Assembly: GCA_965198285.1 (NCBI GenBank)
Contig: OZ240251.1
Location: 3,445,752 to 3,509,751 of the forward strand
Source of the DNA: Chloroflexota bacterium
GTDB taxonomy: Bacteria > Chloroflexota > UBA11872
Length of the DNA stretch: 64,000 nt
Reading direction: 5' to 3'
Shown: positions 1-8,503 of the stretch, one piece after another
Layout of the letters: the number at the start of each line of letters is the position of its first letter
How positions within the stretch are numbered: position 1 is the stretch's first letter
The notes under the pieces: generated by a model
Databases searched by the model: none
What the model saw: only the letters and a program-made list of their open reading frames with translations
Told to the model about the DNA's origin: nothing
Position numbers and translations under genes: made by a program

Positions 1-152
1 GCGCCCGGCAAACGTTTCAGCAGGCTCATCAGGTGTGCGCGTCACGGGGTCATACTCCCAACCATTGGGGGCGCTCTTTGAGACAAGAGCAAGCCAGTCC
101 TATACTCGCTGCTGCGCGAAATGCCTGTGGGCAACAGCGTTTGGGGGCAAGC

Positions 153-380
153 ATGGGTCTTTTGGATTTCCTGAAGCGTGAGAAGAAACCGACGGCCGTC
201 CGCCACACGATCAAGGTGATGCCCCGCGAGACGCTGCGAACGCTCGCCGAGCGCGAATACGGCGACCAGACCAAGTGGGAGATCATCTTCAACAAGAACA
301 AGTGGCGGTTTGAAGACGGCGACCCGAACACGATCTATCCGGGCATGGACCTGGACATTCCGGAGATCGAAGCGGACTAA
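153..380 (+). CDS. LysM domain-containing small protein
   Basis: ORF 33..380 with internal Met at 153 (MGLLDFLK...). The C-terminal ~45 aa (HTIKVMPRETLRTLAEREYGDQTKWEIIFNKNKW...PNTIYPGMDLDIP) match the LysM fold consensus (Y.V..GDTL..IA..Y.....I...N.......I.PGQ.L.IP). Confidence 0.55.
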   Translation: MGLLDFLKREKKPTAVRHTIKVMPRETLRTLAEREYGDQTKWEIIFNKNKWRFEDGDPNTIYPGMDLDIPEIEAD

Positions 381-409
381 CACCCGCGCGGGGGGCGTCT
401 GACCATCAG

Positions 410-496
410 GTGCCGAAGGTCGGGATCGAACCGACACGAGGGATGAACCTCACTGGTTTTTGAGACCAGCGCGTCTACCAGTTCCGCCACTTCGGC
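410..496 (-). tRNA. tRNA-Leu (anticodon CAA)
   Basis: Reverse complement reads GCCGAAGTGGCGGAACTGGTAGACGCGCTGGTCTCAAAACCAGTGAGG...GGTTCGATCCCGACCTTCGGCACC. The acceptor stem is 7 bp, the anticodon loop is CTCAAAA, and there is a long class II variable arm. CC is encoded, the final A is not. Confidence 0.85.
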
Positions 497-498
497 GC

Positions 499-574
499 TG
501 GCAGGAGTGGAGGGGCTCGAACCCCCGACCTACGGTTTTGGAGACCGTTGCTCTTCCAGCTGAGCTACACTCCT
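499..574 (-). tRNA. tRNA-Trp (anticodon CCA)
   Basis: Reverse complement reads AGGAGTGTAGCTCAGCTGGAAGAGCAACGGTCTCCAAAACCGTAGGTCGGGGGTTCGAGCCCCTCCACTCCTGCCA. The cloverleaf is clean, the anticodon loop is CTCCAAA, and CCA is encoded. It lies 2 nt from tRNA-Leu. Confidence 0.85.
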
Positions 575-696
575 TCACGGTTCGTACGCTAGCACAGGGG
601 AGCCGGCGGTTCCCCTCGTAAGCTGCGTGCCGTGAACAGGTCCATGGCACGCAAGTGCCGGATGCAGGCGGCCTTTCCGGATCCACCCACCCGCGC

Positions 697-1287
697 ATGA
701 CCGACCTGCCGGCCGAGCTCACGTTTCGACCCGTTGAGCCGTCCACTTGGCCTGACTTCGAGTGCCTCTTCTCGTCGCGCGGAGCACCACACTACTGCTG
801 GTGCCTGCCCTATCGGGCCACGCGCGAAGAGGCTCGGCAGCGCGACCGCGCCACGCTGAAGGCCGGCATGGCCCGGCGCATTCAACAAAGGGAACCGGTG
901 GGCCTGCTGGCCTTCGACGGCAACACCCCCATCGGGTGGTGCTCCGTCGCACCGCGTCCAACGTTTCCACGGCTCAGGACCTCCAGCGTCACGGACGCGG
1001 CCGATGCGAACGATGCCTCGGTCTGGTCCCTGACCTGCTTCTTCGTTCCGCGACGGCTCCGCGGCCGCGGGCTGGCGACACGCCTGCTGGAAGCAGCCAT
1101 CGACCGGGCGCGCACGCAGGGCGCCAGAGCCCTGGAGGCCTATCCCGTGGACCCTGAGTCGCCGAGCTATCGGTACGGCGGACTTCGGCCAATGTTCAAG
1201 GCTGCTGGCTTTAGGGAGATCGGCCGATTGGGCAAGCGGCGGTACGTCATGCGACTTGACCTGCCGGGCGACGCGGATTCGCCCTAA
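697..1287 (+). CDS. GNAT family N-acetyltransferase
   Basis: ORF 655..1287. The likely start is MTDLPAEL at 697. The acetyl-CoA binding motif RRLRGRGLATRLLEAAIDRAR (motif A, R/Q-x-x-G-x-G/A) sits in the C-terminal half. Confidence 0.6.
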   Translation: MTDLPAELTFRPVEPSTWPDFECLFSSRGAPHYCWCLPYRATREEARQRDRATLKAGMARRIQQREPVGLLAFDGNTPIGWCSVAPRPTFPRLRTSSVTDAADANDASVWSLTCFFVPRRLRGRGLATRLLEAAIDRARTQGARALEAYPVDPESPSYRYGGLRPMFKAAGFREIGRLGKRRYVMRLDLPGDADSP

Positions 1288-1294
1288 CCCGCAC

Positions 1295-2080
1295 TCACCT
1301 TCGGCGCGACGTGTACGAGTACAGGGTGCCGATCTGTTCGTATCCCACCAGCGGATACAGCATCGCCCCGGTGTGACTCGCGGCCAGCACGGCCAGTTGC
1401 GAGCCGTGCGATCGGTCGTCGCGCAGCATCCGGCACATCAGCGCTCTACCGATGCCGCGTCGCCGGTACTCGAGCTTCACGTACAGATTGGCGCACCAGG
1501 TCGCCCCGGCCACCTCGATGCTGCTCACCCAACCCACCGGATCGCCATCCACCAGGGCAGCGTACATACGCAACGGGGCGTCCGGCGTGAGGTGTTCGGG
1601 AAGGATCTGCCGCCGGCGGACCGCCGTGTTCACTTGGTTCGCCAGCGCAGGGTCTAGCACTCGCACAATCTCGGTTGGCGGCGCGAACCGCCGAATCCGT
1701 CGCAAGCGATGCACCATAATCGGCTCGGTGAACCCCAGGCGGTAGCCAAGCTCCCGGTAGCCGGAGCGCAGCGACTCATCGGACTCCCCAGCCGCACAGA
1801 TCGCGCAAATGGCGTACCGGCCACGCGTGTGCCGGCCGATAATTCGCACGACCTTCTCCGGCGCCACCCCGTGCGAGATCCACTCCTCCCGGCGATACCG
1901 CCCGCTCTTCCGCGGAGCGTCGCGCGTCACCCATAGCCCCTCCACGCGCTCGGCCAGATAGGGATGCGTGAAGCTGCGCGTGAAGCAGATCCCGTGCGCA
2001 AAAGCCTCAGGCGCCGTTTCCAGAAGGCGCTCAGCCTCTGCTTCGTGCAAGGTGCGTTTCCGCGGTACGCGAGCGAACAT
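1295..2080 (-). CDS. GNAT family acetyltransferase with extra N-terminal domain
   Basis: ORF 1295..2176. The C-terminal block VKLEYRRRGIGRALMCRML is a GNAT motif A. The start is probably the internal Met (MFARV...) at 2080, since upstream of it the ORF is Arg/Trp-rich filler. Confidence 0.5.
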   Translation of the reverse strand: MFARVPRKRTLHEAEAERLLETAPEAFAHGICFTRSFTHPYLAERVEGLWVTRDAPRKSGRYRREEWISHGVAPEKVVRIIGRHTRGRYAICAICAAGESDESLRSGYRELGYRLGFTEPIMVHRLRRIRRFAPPTEIVRVLDPALANQVNTAVRRRQILPEHLTPDAPLRMYAALVDGDPVGWVSSIEVAGATWCANLYVKLEYRRRGIGRALMCRMLRDDRSHGSQLAVLAASHTGAMLYPLVGYEQIGTLYSYTSRRR

Positions 2081-2261
2081 TCCGGGACAGCCCGAGCTTA
2101 CACGGCGGCCTTGTGGCTCCCCTTGCGCAACCCTTTTGACAACCGCCCACCGCCAGGACCGGGAGAATAAGTCCACATGTTTGAATTGGTTACTACGCTC
2201 GCGCTGCTTCGAAAAAGCGGAAGCTCGGATCGGCCTTGTCTTCCCATCTCCAGACGAACTG

Positions 2262-3170
2262 TCAGGACCGGGCCATCACACTCGTGAGTGGACCAGACTC
2301 CGACTCACCATAGGTTGAGGAAGCGGTGTACTGATAGAAGAGGTTGGTGAGCGGTTTTCGAGACTGATCGCAATAGCCCTTGTCAATGTACCGACGCAAT
2401 CTTTTCATCCGGCGGGGACCTGCCGTCTGCACCAGGTAGTCGGAATAGACTCTGTGCCCGGCCTTCATGTAGGGCAGACGTACGTCGGTTTGCCCTTCAA
2501 CAAAGCTACTATGCCATTCGGCAATTGGGTTAAAGTAGTGGATGCTGAGCATCCGACGGCCGGCCCATCCGCCGAAGGATGAGTGAAAGAGCGCGTGGCG
2601 GAACACGCATACATCACCAGGCTCACTCTCAAGCGCATAACATCCAGGAACATCGAGCGAAGTCAAGTCGTAGAGGCCGGTATGTCTTGCCTTGTCCAGG
2701 CCATCGTGAAACGGGAGATGATGGCTGCCGGGGATAACGTTCAGACAGCCGGTGTCCGCGGTAACCGGATCCAGATAGAAGGCCATATGTATGCCCGGGA
2801 AGAGAAGGCCGCCATCGCTATGCCATCGCGTATTGCCGACGAAGAGATGACCTCCTGAGCTGTGGTAGTTGCAATCCTCGCCGATGAGGCCTTCGGCAAT
2901 ATCGTTAATCCGGCGATCATCGATTAGCTGATCGAACCAGGCATCACCTTCGGTTACCGGATAGATGTGCAGACTTCTGGTGCCGTCGTATCCGGTCTCC
3001 GCCACTGCCGCGTCCATGACCCGCATGAAAGCGGCTTCTAGCTCCGCCACCTCGCTCGGCGAGAACAGCTGGCGAAAAACCTGAAAGCCCATCAATTCAA
3101 ACCAACGCTTATCGTCCTGTGTAACAAGATTGGTCGACTCGGCTGTTCTCTCGGCTGATTGGTCGGACAA
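2262..3170 (-). CDS. phytanoyl-CoA dioxygenase (PhyH) family Fe(II)/2-oxoglutarate oxygenase
   Basis: 302 aa. The HSDGG...(H-x-D) iron-binding motif and distal His are present (NTRWHSDGGLLFPGIHMAFYLD ... GDVCVFRHALFHSS), as is typical of PhyH family proteins. Confidence 0.65.
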   Translation of the reverse strand: MSDQSAERTAESTNLVTQDDKRWFELMGFQVFRQLFSPSEVAELEAAFMRVMDAAVAETGYDGTRSLHIYPVTEGDAWFDQLIDDRRINDIAEGLIGEDCNYHSSGGHLFVGNTRWHSDGGLLFPGIHMAFYLDPVTADTGCLNVIPGSHHLPFHDGLDKARHTGLYDLTSLDVPGCYALESEPGDVCVFRHALFHSSFGGWAGRRMLSIHYFNPIAEWHSSFVEGQTDVRLPYMKAGHRVYSDYLVQTAGPRRMKRLRRYIDKGYCDQSRKPLTNLFYQYTASSTYGESESGPLTSVMARS

Positions 3171-3271
3171 CCTCGCACCCCCTTCACCATGCGGGCCCCA
3201 CGCCTACACCGGTCAGATCAGGCCGAATCTCAAAACAACCGCCCGAGCCCACCATACCTTCACCAGCGGCG

Positions 3272-3391
3272 CTAGGCCGCCCGTCGATTCGCCACTCGCA
3301 CCGCCAGGACCACAAGCGTATCGGCGAGGACCTCGTACACGACGCGATAGTCGCCATTGCGCCATCAACCCACAATCTCGGCTCGCGGCTA
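3272..3391 (-). pseudogene. RelE/ParE-family toxin remnant (C-terminal 28 codons intact, in-frame stops upstream)
   Basis: Minus-strand translation ending at stop 3272..3274 gives ...(stop)WRNGDYRVVYEVLADTLVVLAVRVANRRAA(stop). This matches the conserved RelE/ParE C-terminus (GDYRiiYrv.d..l.ilrv.hR). An in-frame TGA and then TAG lie immediately upstream, and a shifted frame carries further sense-looking sequence. Confidence 0.35.
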
Positions 3392-3626
3392 TGCACCAAA
3401 CTCGCAGCCTCCCGCCCGCGCGTCGCGATCGGCCCGTCGGTGCTTGAGTTTCAGGTTGGTCGCTATGCGCCAGGCGAGGTACTTCTCCTTGGCGCCTGCG
3501 GCGGTCGGTTCAACGATGCTTGAAACCAGGCGCCGGTACACCGACAAGGTCGTCGCACGGTCGGCTGCTTCCGACGCAACAACGAGGATTGATGCGGAAA
3601 TCAGCGGTTCGCGCCGATACGCCTGC

Positions 3627-3701
3627 TGGCTCCTCGGGCAGGACTCGAACCTGCAACCCTGCGGTTAACAGCCGCACGCTCTACCATTGAGCTACCGAGG
3701 A
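3627..3701 (-). tRNA. tRNA-Asn (anticodon GUU)
   Basis: Reverse complement reads TCCTCGGTAGCTCAATGGTAGAGCGTGCGGCTGTTAACCGCAGGGTTGCAGGTTCGAGTCCTGCCCGAGGAGCCA. The anticodon loop is CTGTTAA and CCA is encoded. Confidence 0.85.
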
Positions 3702-3762
3702 ATGGCGTTCCTAGCTCAGGGCCTTGCAGCAGCGGCCCGCGTTGCGGGTGGCCGCCGTATCG

Positions 3763-3873
3763 TCAGGCGCCCGATTCGGACTCGTCGTCGACGCCCATGA
3801 GGCTCTTGGCCTTTCGAAACGCGACTGCCAGAACCCCAAGGATGACCGCGAGCATTCCCAGCTTTCGAATCAT
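3763..3873 (-). CDS. possible 36-aa single-pass membrane micro-protein
   Basis: Internal Met of ORF 3763..4029 gives MIRKLGMLAVILGVLAVAFRKAKSLMGVDDESESGA, with a hydrophobic helix and a charged tail. It sits between moeA and tRNA-Asn. No homology is recognised. Confidence 0.2.
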   Translation of the reverse strand: MIRKLGMLAVILGVLAVAFRKAKSLMGVDDESESGA

Positions 3874-4041
3874 TGGATTTTGCCTGTGGGTGATCAGAGC
3901 GATAGGGAACCCCGCGAGAATAGCAGAGACCTTTCGAGTGCCCCGCAGCTGAACCGAGCGGCGGGAGGCACGCGGACTCCAGCAACCGCAGCCCGGGTCG
4001 CCGCAGCTAGACTTGGCTGATCCCCGCACCGCGGCGCCCGC

Positions 4042-5325
4042 ATGACCGACGTGCAGACATTTCTTTCCGTGGACGACGCCCTGGAACGCATCCTGCGCGG
4101 GTTCGCTCCCCTGCCGGCGCAGAACGTTCCGCTTGAAGAGGCTCTGGGGCTGATCGCCGCCGAGGACGTGCTGGCGCGGGACAACGTGCCGGGGTTCGAC
4201 AACTCGGCGTTCGACGGCTACGCGGTCCAGGCGGCCGACCTAGCCCAGGCGTCCGAGGCAACGCCGGCGCAACTGCGGGTGGTTGACGAGATTCCAGCCG
4301 GCCGGGTGAGTCCGGTAACACTGCAACCAGGCGAAGCAGCGCGGATTATGACCGGCGCCCCGATTCCGGCAGGCGCCGACGCGGTCGTGCCGTTCGAGGA
4401 CACGGACCGGACCGACTGGGGCCACCTGGGCACGGACCCGCAGAGCGACGACACCGACCGCCGGGTGGTGGCGGTCCTCGAGCGGGCCGAGGGGGGGGAG
4501 AACGTCCGCCCCTCGGGCGGCGACATCCGAGCGGGCTCCGTCGTGGTCGCCGCGGGCCGTCGCCTGGGACCAGCGGAAATCGGGGTTCTCGGGTCGGTTG
4601 GGGTATCCACGGTCCGAGCGCACCCACGCTCCACCGCAGCCATCGTGCCCACCGGGGACGAGATCGTTGAGATCGACGCGGGCATCCGCGCCGGTCAGGT
4701 GCGCAATAGCAACGCCTGGGCGCTGGAAGCCGCCACACGTGCGCTGGGCGCCGAACCCCGGCGTCTGCCGATAACCGGCGACACGATAGAGGCGCTGCAA
4801 GCCGCTCTGGCCAGCGCCGCGGCCTCCGACGTGATCGTGACCATCGGCGGCGTGTCGATGGGCGACTACGACCTCGTCACGAACGTGCTGGGTTCCGAGG
4901 GCCGGATGGATTTCTGGCAGATCAACATGCGGCCCGGCAAGCCGCTGGCCTTCGGTCAGGTGCATGGCACGCCCGTGATCGGGCTGCCCGGCAACCCGGT
5001 GTCCAGCATGGTCTGCTTTGCACTGTTCGTACGGCCGGCCCTGCTGCGCCTTATGGGTCACCGCGATCTGACCCACCCCTCCGTGCGGGCGGTGGCTGCC
5101 GAGCGGCTGCGCAGCGCCCAGGGCAAGCGCACCTTCGTGCGCGTACAGGTGCGACGCGCCAACGGCGACCTGGTGTGCACGTCGGCGGGCGATCAAAGTT
5201 CCTACCGCATGTCGTCCCTGGTGGCAGGAAATGGTCTGGCGGTGCTGCGCGAAGGCCAAACGATCGAACCGGGCGAACCCGTTGAAGTCCTGGCTCTCGA
5301 CCCACAGGCGCTCCTCCAACTCTGA
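4042..5325 (+). CDS. moeA: molybdopterin molybdotransferase MoeA
   Basis: 427 aa. The N-terminus (LSVDDALERIL...PLEEALGLIAAEDVLA...PGFDNSAFDGYAV) and the GGVSMGDYD ... PGNPVSS blocks are the classic MoeA/gephyrin-E signatures. Confidence 0.8.
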   Translation: MTDVQTFLSVDDALERILRGFAPLPAQNVPLEEALGLIAAEDVLARDNVPGFDNSAFDGYAVQAADLAQASEATPAQLRVVDEIPAGRVSPVTLQPGEAARIMTGAPIPAGADAVVPFEDTDRTDWGHLGTDPQSDDTDRRVVAVLERAEGGENVRPSGGDIRAGSVVVAAGRRLGPAEIGVLGSVGVSTVRAHPRSTAAIVPTGDEIVEIDAGIRAGQVRNSNAWALEAATRALGAEPRRLPITGDTIEALQAALASAAASDVIVTIGGVSMGDYDLVTNVLGSEGRMDFWQINMRPGKPLAFGQVHGTPVIGLPGNPVSSMVCFALFVRPALLRLMGHRDLTHPSVRAVAAERLRSAQGKRTFVRVQVRRANGDLVCTSAGDQSSYRMSSLVAGNGLAVLREGQTIEPGEPVEVLALDPQALLQL

Positions 5326-5355
5326 CGGACAAGCGTTGATACGATGCATCCCATC

Positions 5356-5432
5356 GGGCGCGTAGCTCAGCTGGTTAGAGCGCGCGGTTCACATCCGCGA
5401 GGTCATAGGTTCGAGTCCTATCGCGCCCACCA
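5356..5432 (+). tRNA. tRNA-Val (anticodon CAC)
   Basis: GGGCGCGTAGCTCAGCTGGTTAGAGCGCGCGGTTCACATCCGCGAGGTCATAGGTTCGAGTCCTATCGCGCCCACCA. The anticodon loop is TTCACAT and CCA is encoded. Confidence 0.85.
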
Positions 5433-5649
5433 ATCTGGACGAATTGCCCGACGTGTGCTGCCACAATGAACCGCATCGGTCCGAACTGCGGAGGCGATCG
5501 GATAGCGCGTCCCCGCCGGCGCGCAAGCAGAGTTCAGCACCAGAGTCGTCGAGCTTCGGGTGTTTAACATCGACATCGAGGGTTCCTCGACGACTCATCC
5601 CGGGACGTCCGTTGCCTGCCTCAGATGGCCGTTGGCCGCCTCGCTCGGC

Positions 5650-6549
5650 CTACGCAGAGATCAGCGTCCGAACGACCTCCACGGCTCGCCCGACATCCAC
5701 CCCTACGGCCACGTTGACCGGCCCGTCACCGTAACTGGCGACGGTGAGTCCCCGCTGGTTCCCGTCCGTCACGACCGATACCTGAGCCCGCCGATACGTC
5801 AGGATGTCGGGCTCGATGGCCGCTGCCACGGCCAGCGGATCGTGTAGATAAAACTCCTGCGCGTCAGCTCGCTCTCGAAACCTATCCACCAGGATGCGGT
5901 TGGCCAGGTCGGCAGACTTGGTCGTGCCCTCAAACCACTGCGGACCGTCGCGACGGTGCATGAATGTCCGCTGGGTCACATCAAGACCAACGAGCGTGAC
6001 TGGCACCCCCGTCGTGAAGACCGCGTTTGCAGACCACGGGTCTTCATAGATGTTGAACTCCGCATGGGCTGTGACGTTCCCCGGAACCTCCACTGCCCCG
6101 CCCATGACGACGATCTCTGAGACAGCGTTCGCGATGTCCGGGCGACCGTCCAGCGCCGCGGCCACATTTGTCAGCGGCCCGAGCGCGATGACGCTCAAGC
6201 GCCCCGGTAATGTTGAAACGCGGTCGCGAATGAAATCGACTGCGTCCGCTGGATGCGGTTTCAACGTCGTGGCGGGCAAATGGACGCCCAGCCCCTCCAT
6301 GCCGTGAACGTGGTACGCATGCGTAAACGAGCCACGCGCAGGCCGGTCAGCGCCAACGGCAATTGGCACTTCACGCCACCTAGCCACATGGTCGACCAGC
6401 CGAAGCGCGTTGTTGGTCGTCTCTGCCAGGGTCGCGTTTCCGCCAACCGTTGTGATGCCCTCTATGAGCAGGTCGGGACAGTTCAGCGCCATCAGGAGCG
6501 CCAGGGCATCGTCAGTTCCGGGGTCGGTGTCAACAACCACCCTTCGCAT
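5650..6549 (-). CDS. nucleoside hydrolase (IU-NH family)
   Basis: ORF 5650..6567. The N-terminal fingerprint VVVDTDPGTDDALAL (DxDxxxDD) of inosine-uridine-preferring nucleoside hydrolases is present, so the start is probably MRRVVVD at 6549. Confidence 0.7.
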   Translation of the reverse strand: MRRVVVDTDPGTDDALALLMALNCPDLLIEGITTVGGNATLAETTNNALRLVDHVARWREVPIAVGADRPARGSFTHAYHVHGMEGLGVHLPATTLKPHPADAVDFIRDRVSTLPGRLSVIALGPLTNVAAALDGRPDIANAVSEIVVMGGAVEVPGNVTAHAEFNIYEDPWSANAVFTTGVPVTLVGLDVTQRTFMHRRDGPQWFEGTTKSADLANRILVDRFRERADAQEFYLHDPLAVAAAIEPDILTYRRAQVSVVTDGNQRGLTVASYGDGPVNVAVGVDVGRAVEVVRTLISA

Positions 6550-6755
6550 ACGCTTTACCCTCGACACGTAGCAGCGCGAGTCACACTTCTACTCTAGCTT
6601 CGAAGCGTCCTAACCTTGCTCGACGACGGGAGCCCTCGACTCGCACCAAAGAGTCGACATCAAGACCGAGTACCGGTGAGGTCACGGCTCAGTACGCTTT
6701 GGCTTACTCTGGCGTCTCCGGGCTGCCACCGGTACGCCGACCCAATAGCACCGCA

Positions 6756-6938
6756 ATGAACGACTCGATCATCGTTGGCGGCGCCGCCGCCGTGGTTGCA
6801 GCCGCGCTGGCCGCGGCGGCCAGCGTCGGGATCGGCCGCCAGACGGGCCAGCAGCACGACACCCAGGACGACTTAGCCGGACGCATGGCCCGAGACCTGA
6901 TGGTCGTCTGTGACCTGCTGGCCGACCGCTTGGCCTAA
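6756..6938 (+). CDS. small membrane protein, truncated paralog of 11324..11794
   Basis: MNDSIIVGGAAAVVAAALAAAASVGIGRQTGQQHDTQDDLAGRMARDLMVVCDLLADRLA(stop). The nucleotide sequence and protein are collinear with 11324... The TAA here replaces AAG in the paralog, and conserved but frame-shifted codons continue to about 7060. Confidence 0.3.
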   Translation: MNDSIIVGGAAAVVAAALAAAASVGIGRQTGQQHDTQDDLAGRMARDLMVVCDLLADRLA

Positions 6939-7100
6939 ACCTGGCCGGCCCGGCGTCCGGCGCCGGCGATAGCGACGCGGCGTACCACCACGTTCGCGAG
7001 TCGACCGAAACAGTCCCGCGGCAAGCCGGCGCCTCGGCCAAGACAGCGCTGGTGGCTTTGCCAGGTGCCAGAGCGGTGGATGCCCCGTGCCGGAGATCCC

Positions 7101-8342
7101 TCACAGAACGGTCTTGGGACGCTCCTTGGTCGGGTCGACGAACGGCACCCGCACCACTTGAGCGTCGACAATTCCGTCCTTGGACAGTTGGACTTTCACG
7201 CGTGTGCCACGTTGCCAATGGGAGCGCGGCATCACCGCCAGGGCAATGTTCGACTGTTGATTCGGCGACCAGAACGCGCTGGTCACGTAGCCCACGTCTG
7301 CTCCGGACTCCTCGTCGCTGACAAGGTAGAAATCCTCGTTGTACCAGGTCAGCGGCTGGCCCCCGACCTTTAGCCCAACCAGCCGCTGATTGACGCCTTC
7401 GGCCTTGATTCTGGCCAGCGCATCCTTGCCGATGAAGTTGTCCTTCTTGAGGTCCACCTGCCAGCCAAGCCGAACTTCAAATGGATTGTTCTCGATGTCC
7501 AGGTCCTGACCGTAGGACAGGATTCCAGCCTCGATTCGACGGATGTGACTTGGAGCGATCACCTGCAGGTTGAACTCTCGTCCCTGCTCCAGGATGTGCG
7601 GCCACACGTCGTCGGCATGGCGCATCGCGTCGTGCAGGTAGATTTCGAACCCGACTTCAGCGGAGAAGCCCGTGCGAGAAATCGTAACCGCATGCCCGTT
7701 CAGCGTGTCGTGGATCAGGCCGTAATACGGGATGTTCCTGATGTGGGCGCCGAACATCTTCTCCATCAGCAATGCCGACTTGGGACCTTGGATCTGGACT
7801 GGAGACACGTCAATCTCGTGAATGTCAACGTTGAATTTGGCATGGGAGTTGACACCCTGCGCCCAGAGCAACACGTCAGAGTCGGAGATACTGAACCAGA
7901 ACTCGTCGTCGGCCACTCGCAGCAGAACTGGATCGTTGATAACGCCGCCATACTGGTTGCAGAGAATCACGTAACGGGCCTGCATGGTCGGCACGCGCGT
8001 GTGGACGTCGCGGGTGATCACCATGTCCACAAAGTCCGCGGCGTCGGGACCTTTAATTCGTATCTGTCGCTCGACCGCCACGTCCCACATGCTGACGTGC
8101 TCCGTCAGGTACTTGTACTCCTCAAGCATCCCTCCATCCGCGGGCTTGATGTAGGCCCTAGGGTGGTACATGTGGTTATAGGTTGTATAGGCCCAGCATC
8201 CGGCCGCCTTTGACAGATGCCACCACGGAGACTTTCTGATTCGGGTGGAGATAAGCATCCGGGCGTCGCTGTTCCCACTTTGCCGCAGGTTAATCGGCAA
8301 TTCGCGCCGTTTGAGACCGTCGATTACGAGACTCTGAGCCAT
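7101..8342 (-). CDS. aminomethyltransferase (GcvT/DmdA family, tetrahydrofolate-dependent)
   Basis: 413 aa with the GcvT fold throughout (…RDVHTRVPTMQARYVILCNQYGGVINDPVLLRV…GYVTSAFWSPNQQSNIALAVM…). GC is about 55%, lower than neighbours, and it is followed by an AT-rich intergenic region (8343..8503). Confidence 0.65.
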   Translation of the reverse strand: MAQSLVIDGLKRRELPINLRQSGNSDARMLISTRIRKSPWWHLSKAAGCWAYTTYNHMYHPRAYIKPADGGMLEEYKYLTEHVSMWDVAVERQIRIKGPDAADFVDMVITRDVHTRVPTMQARYVILCNQYGGVINDPVLLRVADDEFWFSISDSDVLLWAQGVNSHAKFNVDIHEIDVSPVQIQGPKSALLMEKMFGAHIRNIPYYGLIHDTLNGHAVTISRTGFSAEVGFEIYLHDAMRHADDVWPHILEQGREFNLQVIAPSHIRRIEAGILSYGQDLDIENNPFEVRLGWQVDLKKDNFIGKDALARIKAEGVNQRLVGLKVGGQPLTWYNEDFYLVSDEESGADVGYVTSAFWSPNQQSNIALAVMPRSHWQRGTRVKVQLSKDGIVDAQVVRVPFVDPTKERPKTVL

Positions 8343-8503
8343 CGGACGACCTCCAGTCGTTTGGCAATTCTATTGCTTTGACATTGACGTGCTATCGACA
8401 CGCCAATGGTTGGAGAATTCAGCGTTGTCTTACCTGCAATTGTTCTTAGGATATTCATCCTTACGTCAAGTTCCACCAGTAGCTGACACTTTCGTTTTTC
8501 GAG

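Noticed and set aside
4240-5349. 369-aa antisense ORF opposite moeA (and the similar long antisense ORFs 28115..29374, 31880..32959, 44494..45561, 16436..17290, 10286..11008 and 62270..63694)
   Set aside because: They are Arg/Pro/Gly-rich with low complexity. They lie opposite genes with strong homology, as expected from stop-codon depletion in high-GC DNA.
7052-7321. ORF 7052..7321 plus strand (89 aa)
   Set aside because: It is the frame-shifted continuation of the decayed small-protein paralog and lies antisense to the aminomethyltransferase gene, so it is not an independent gene.
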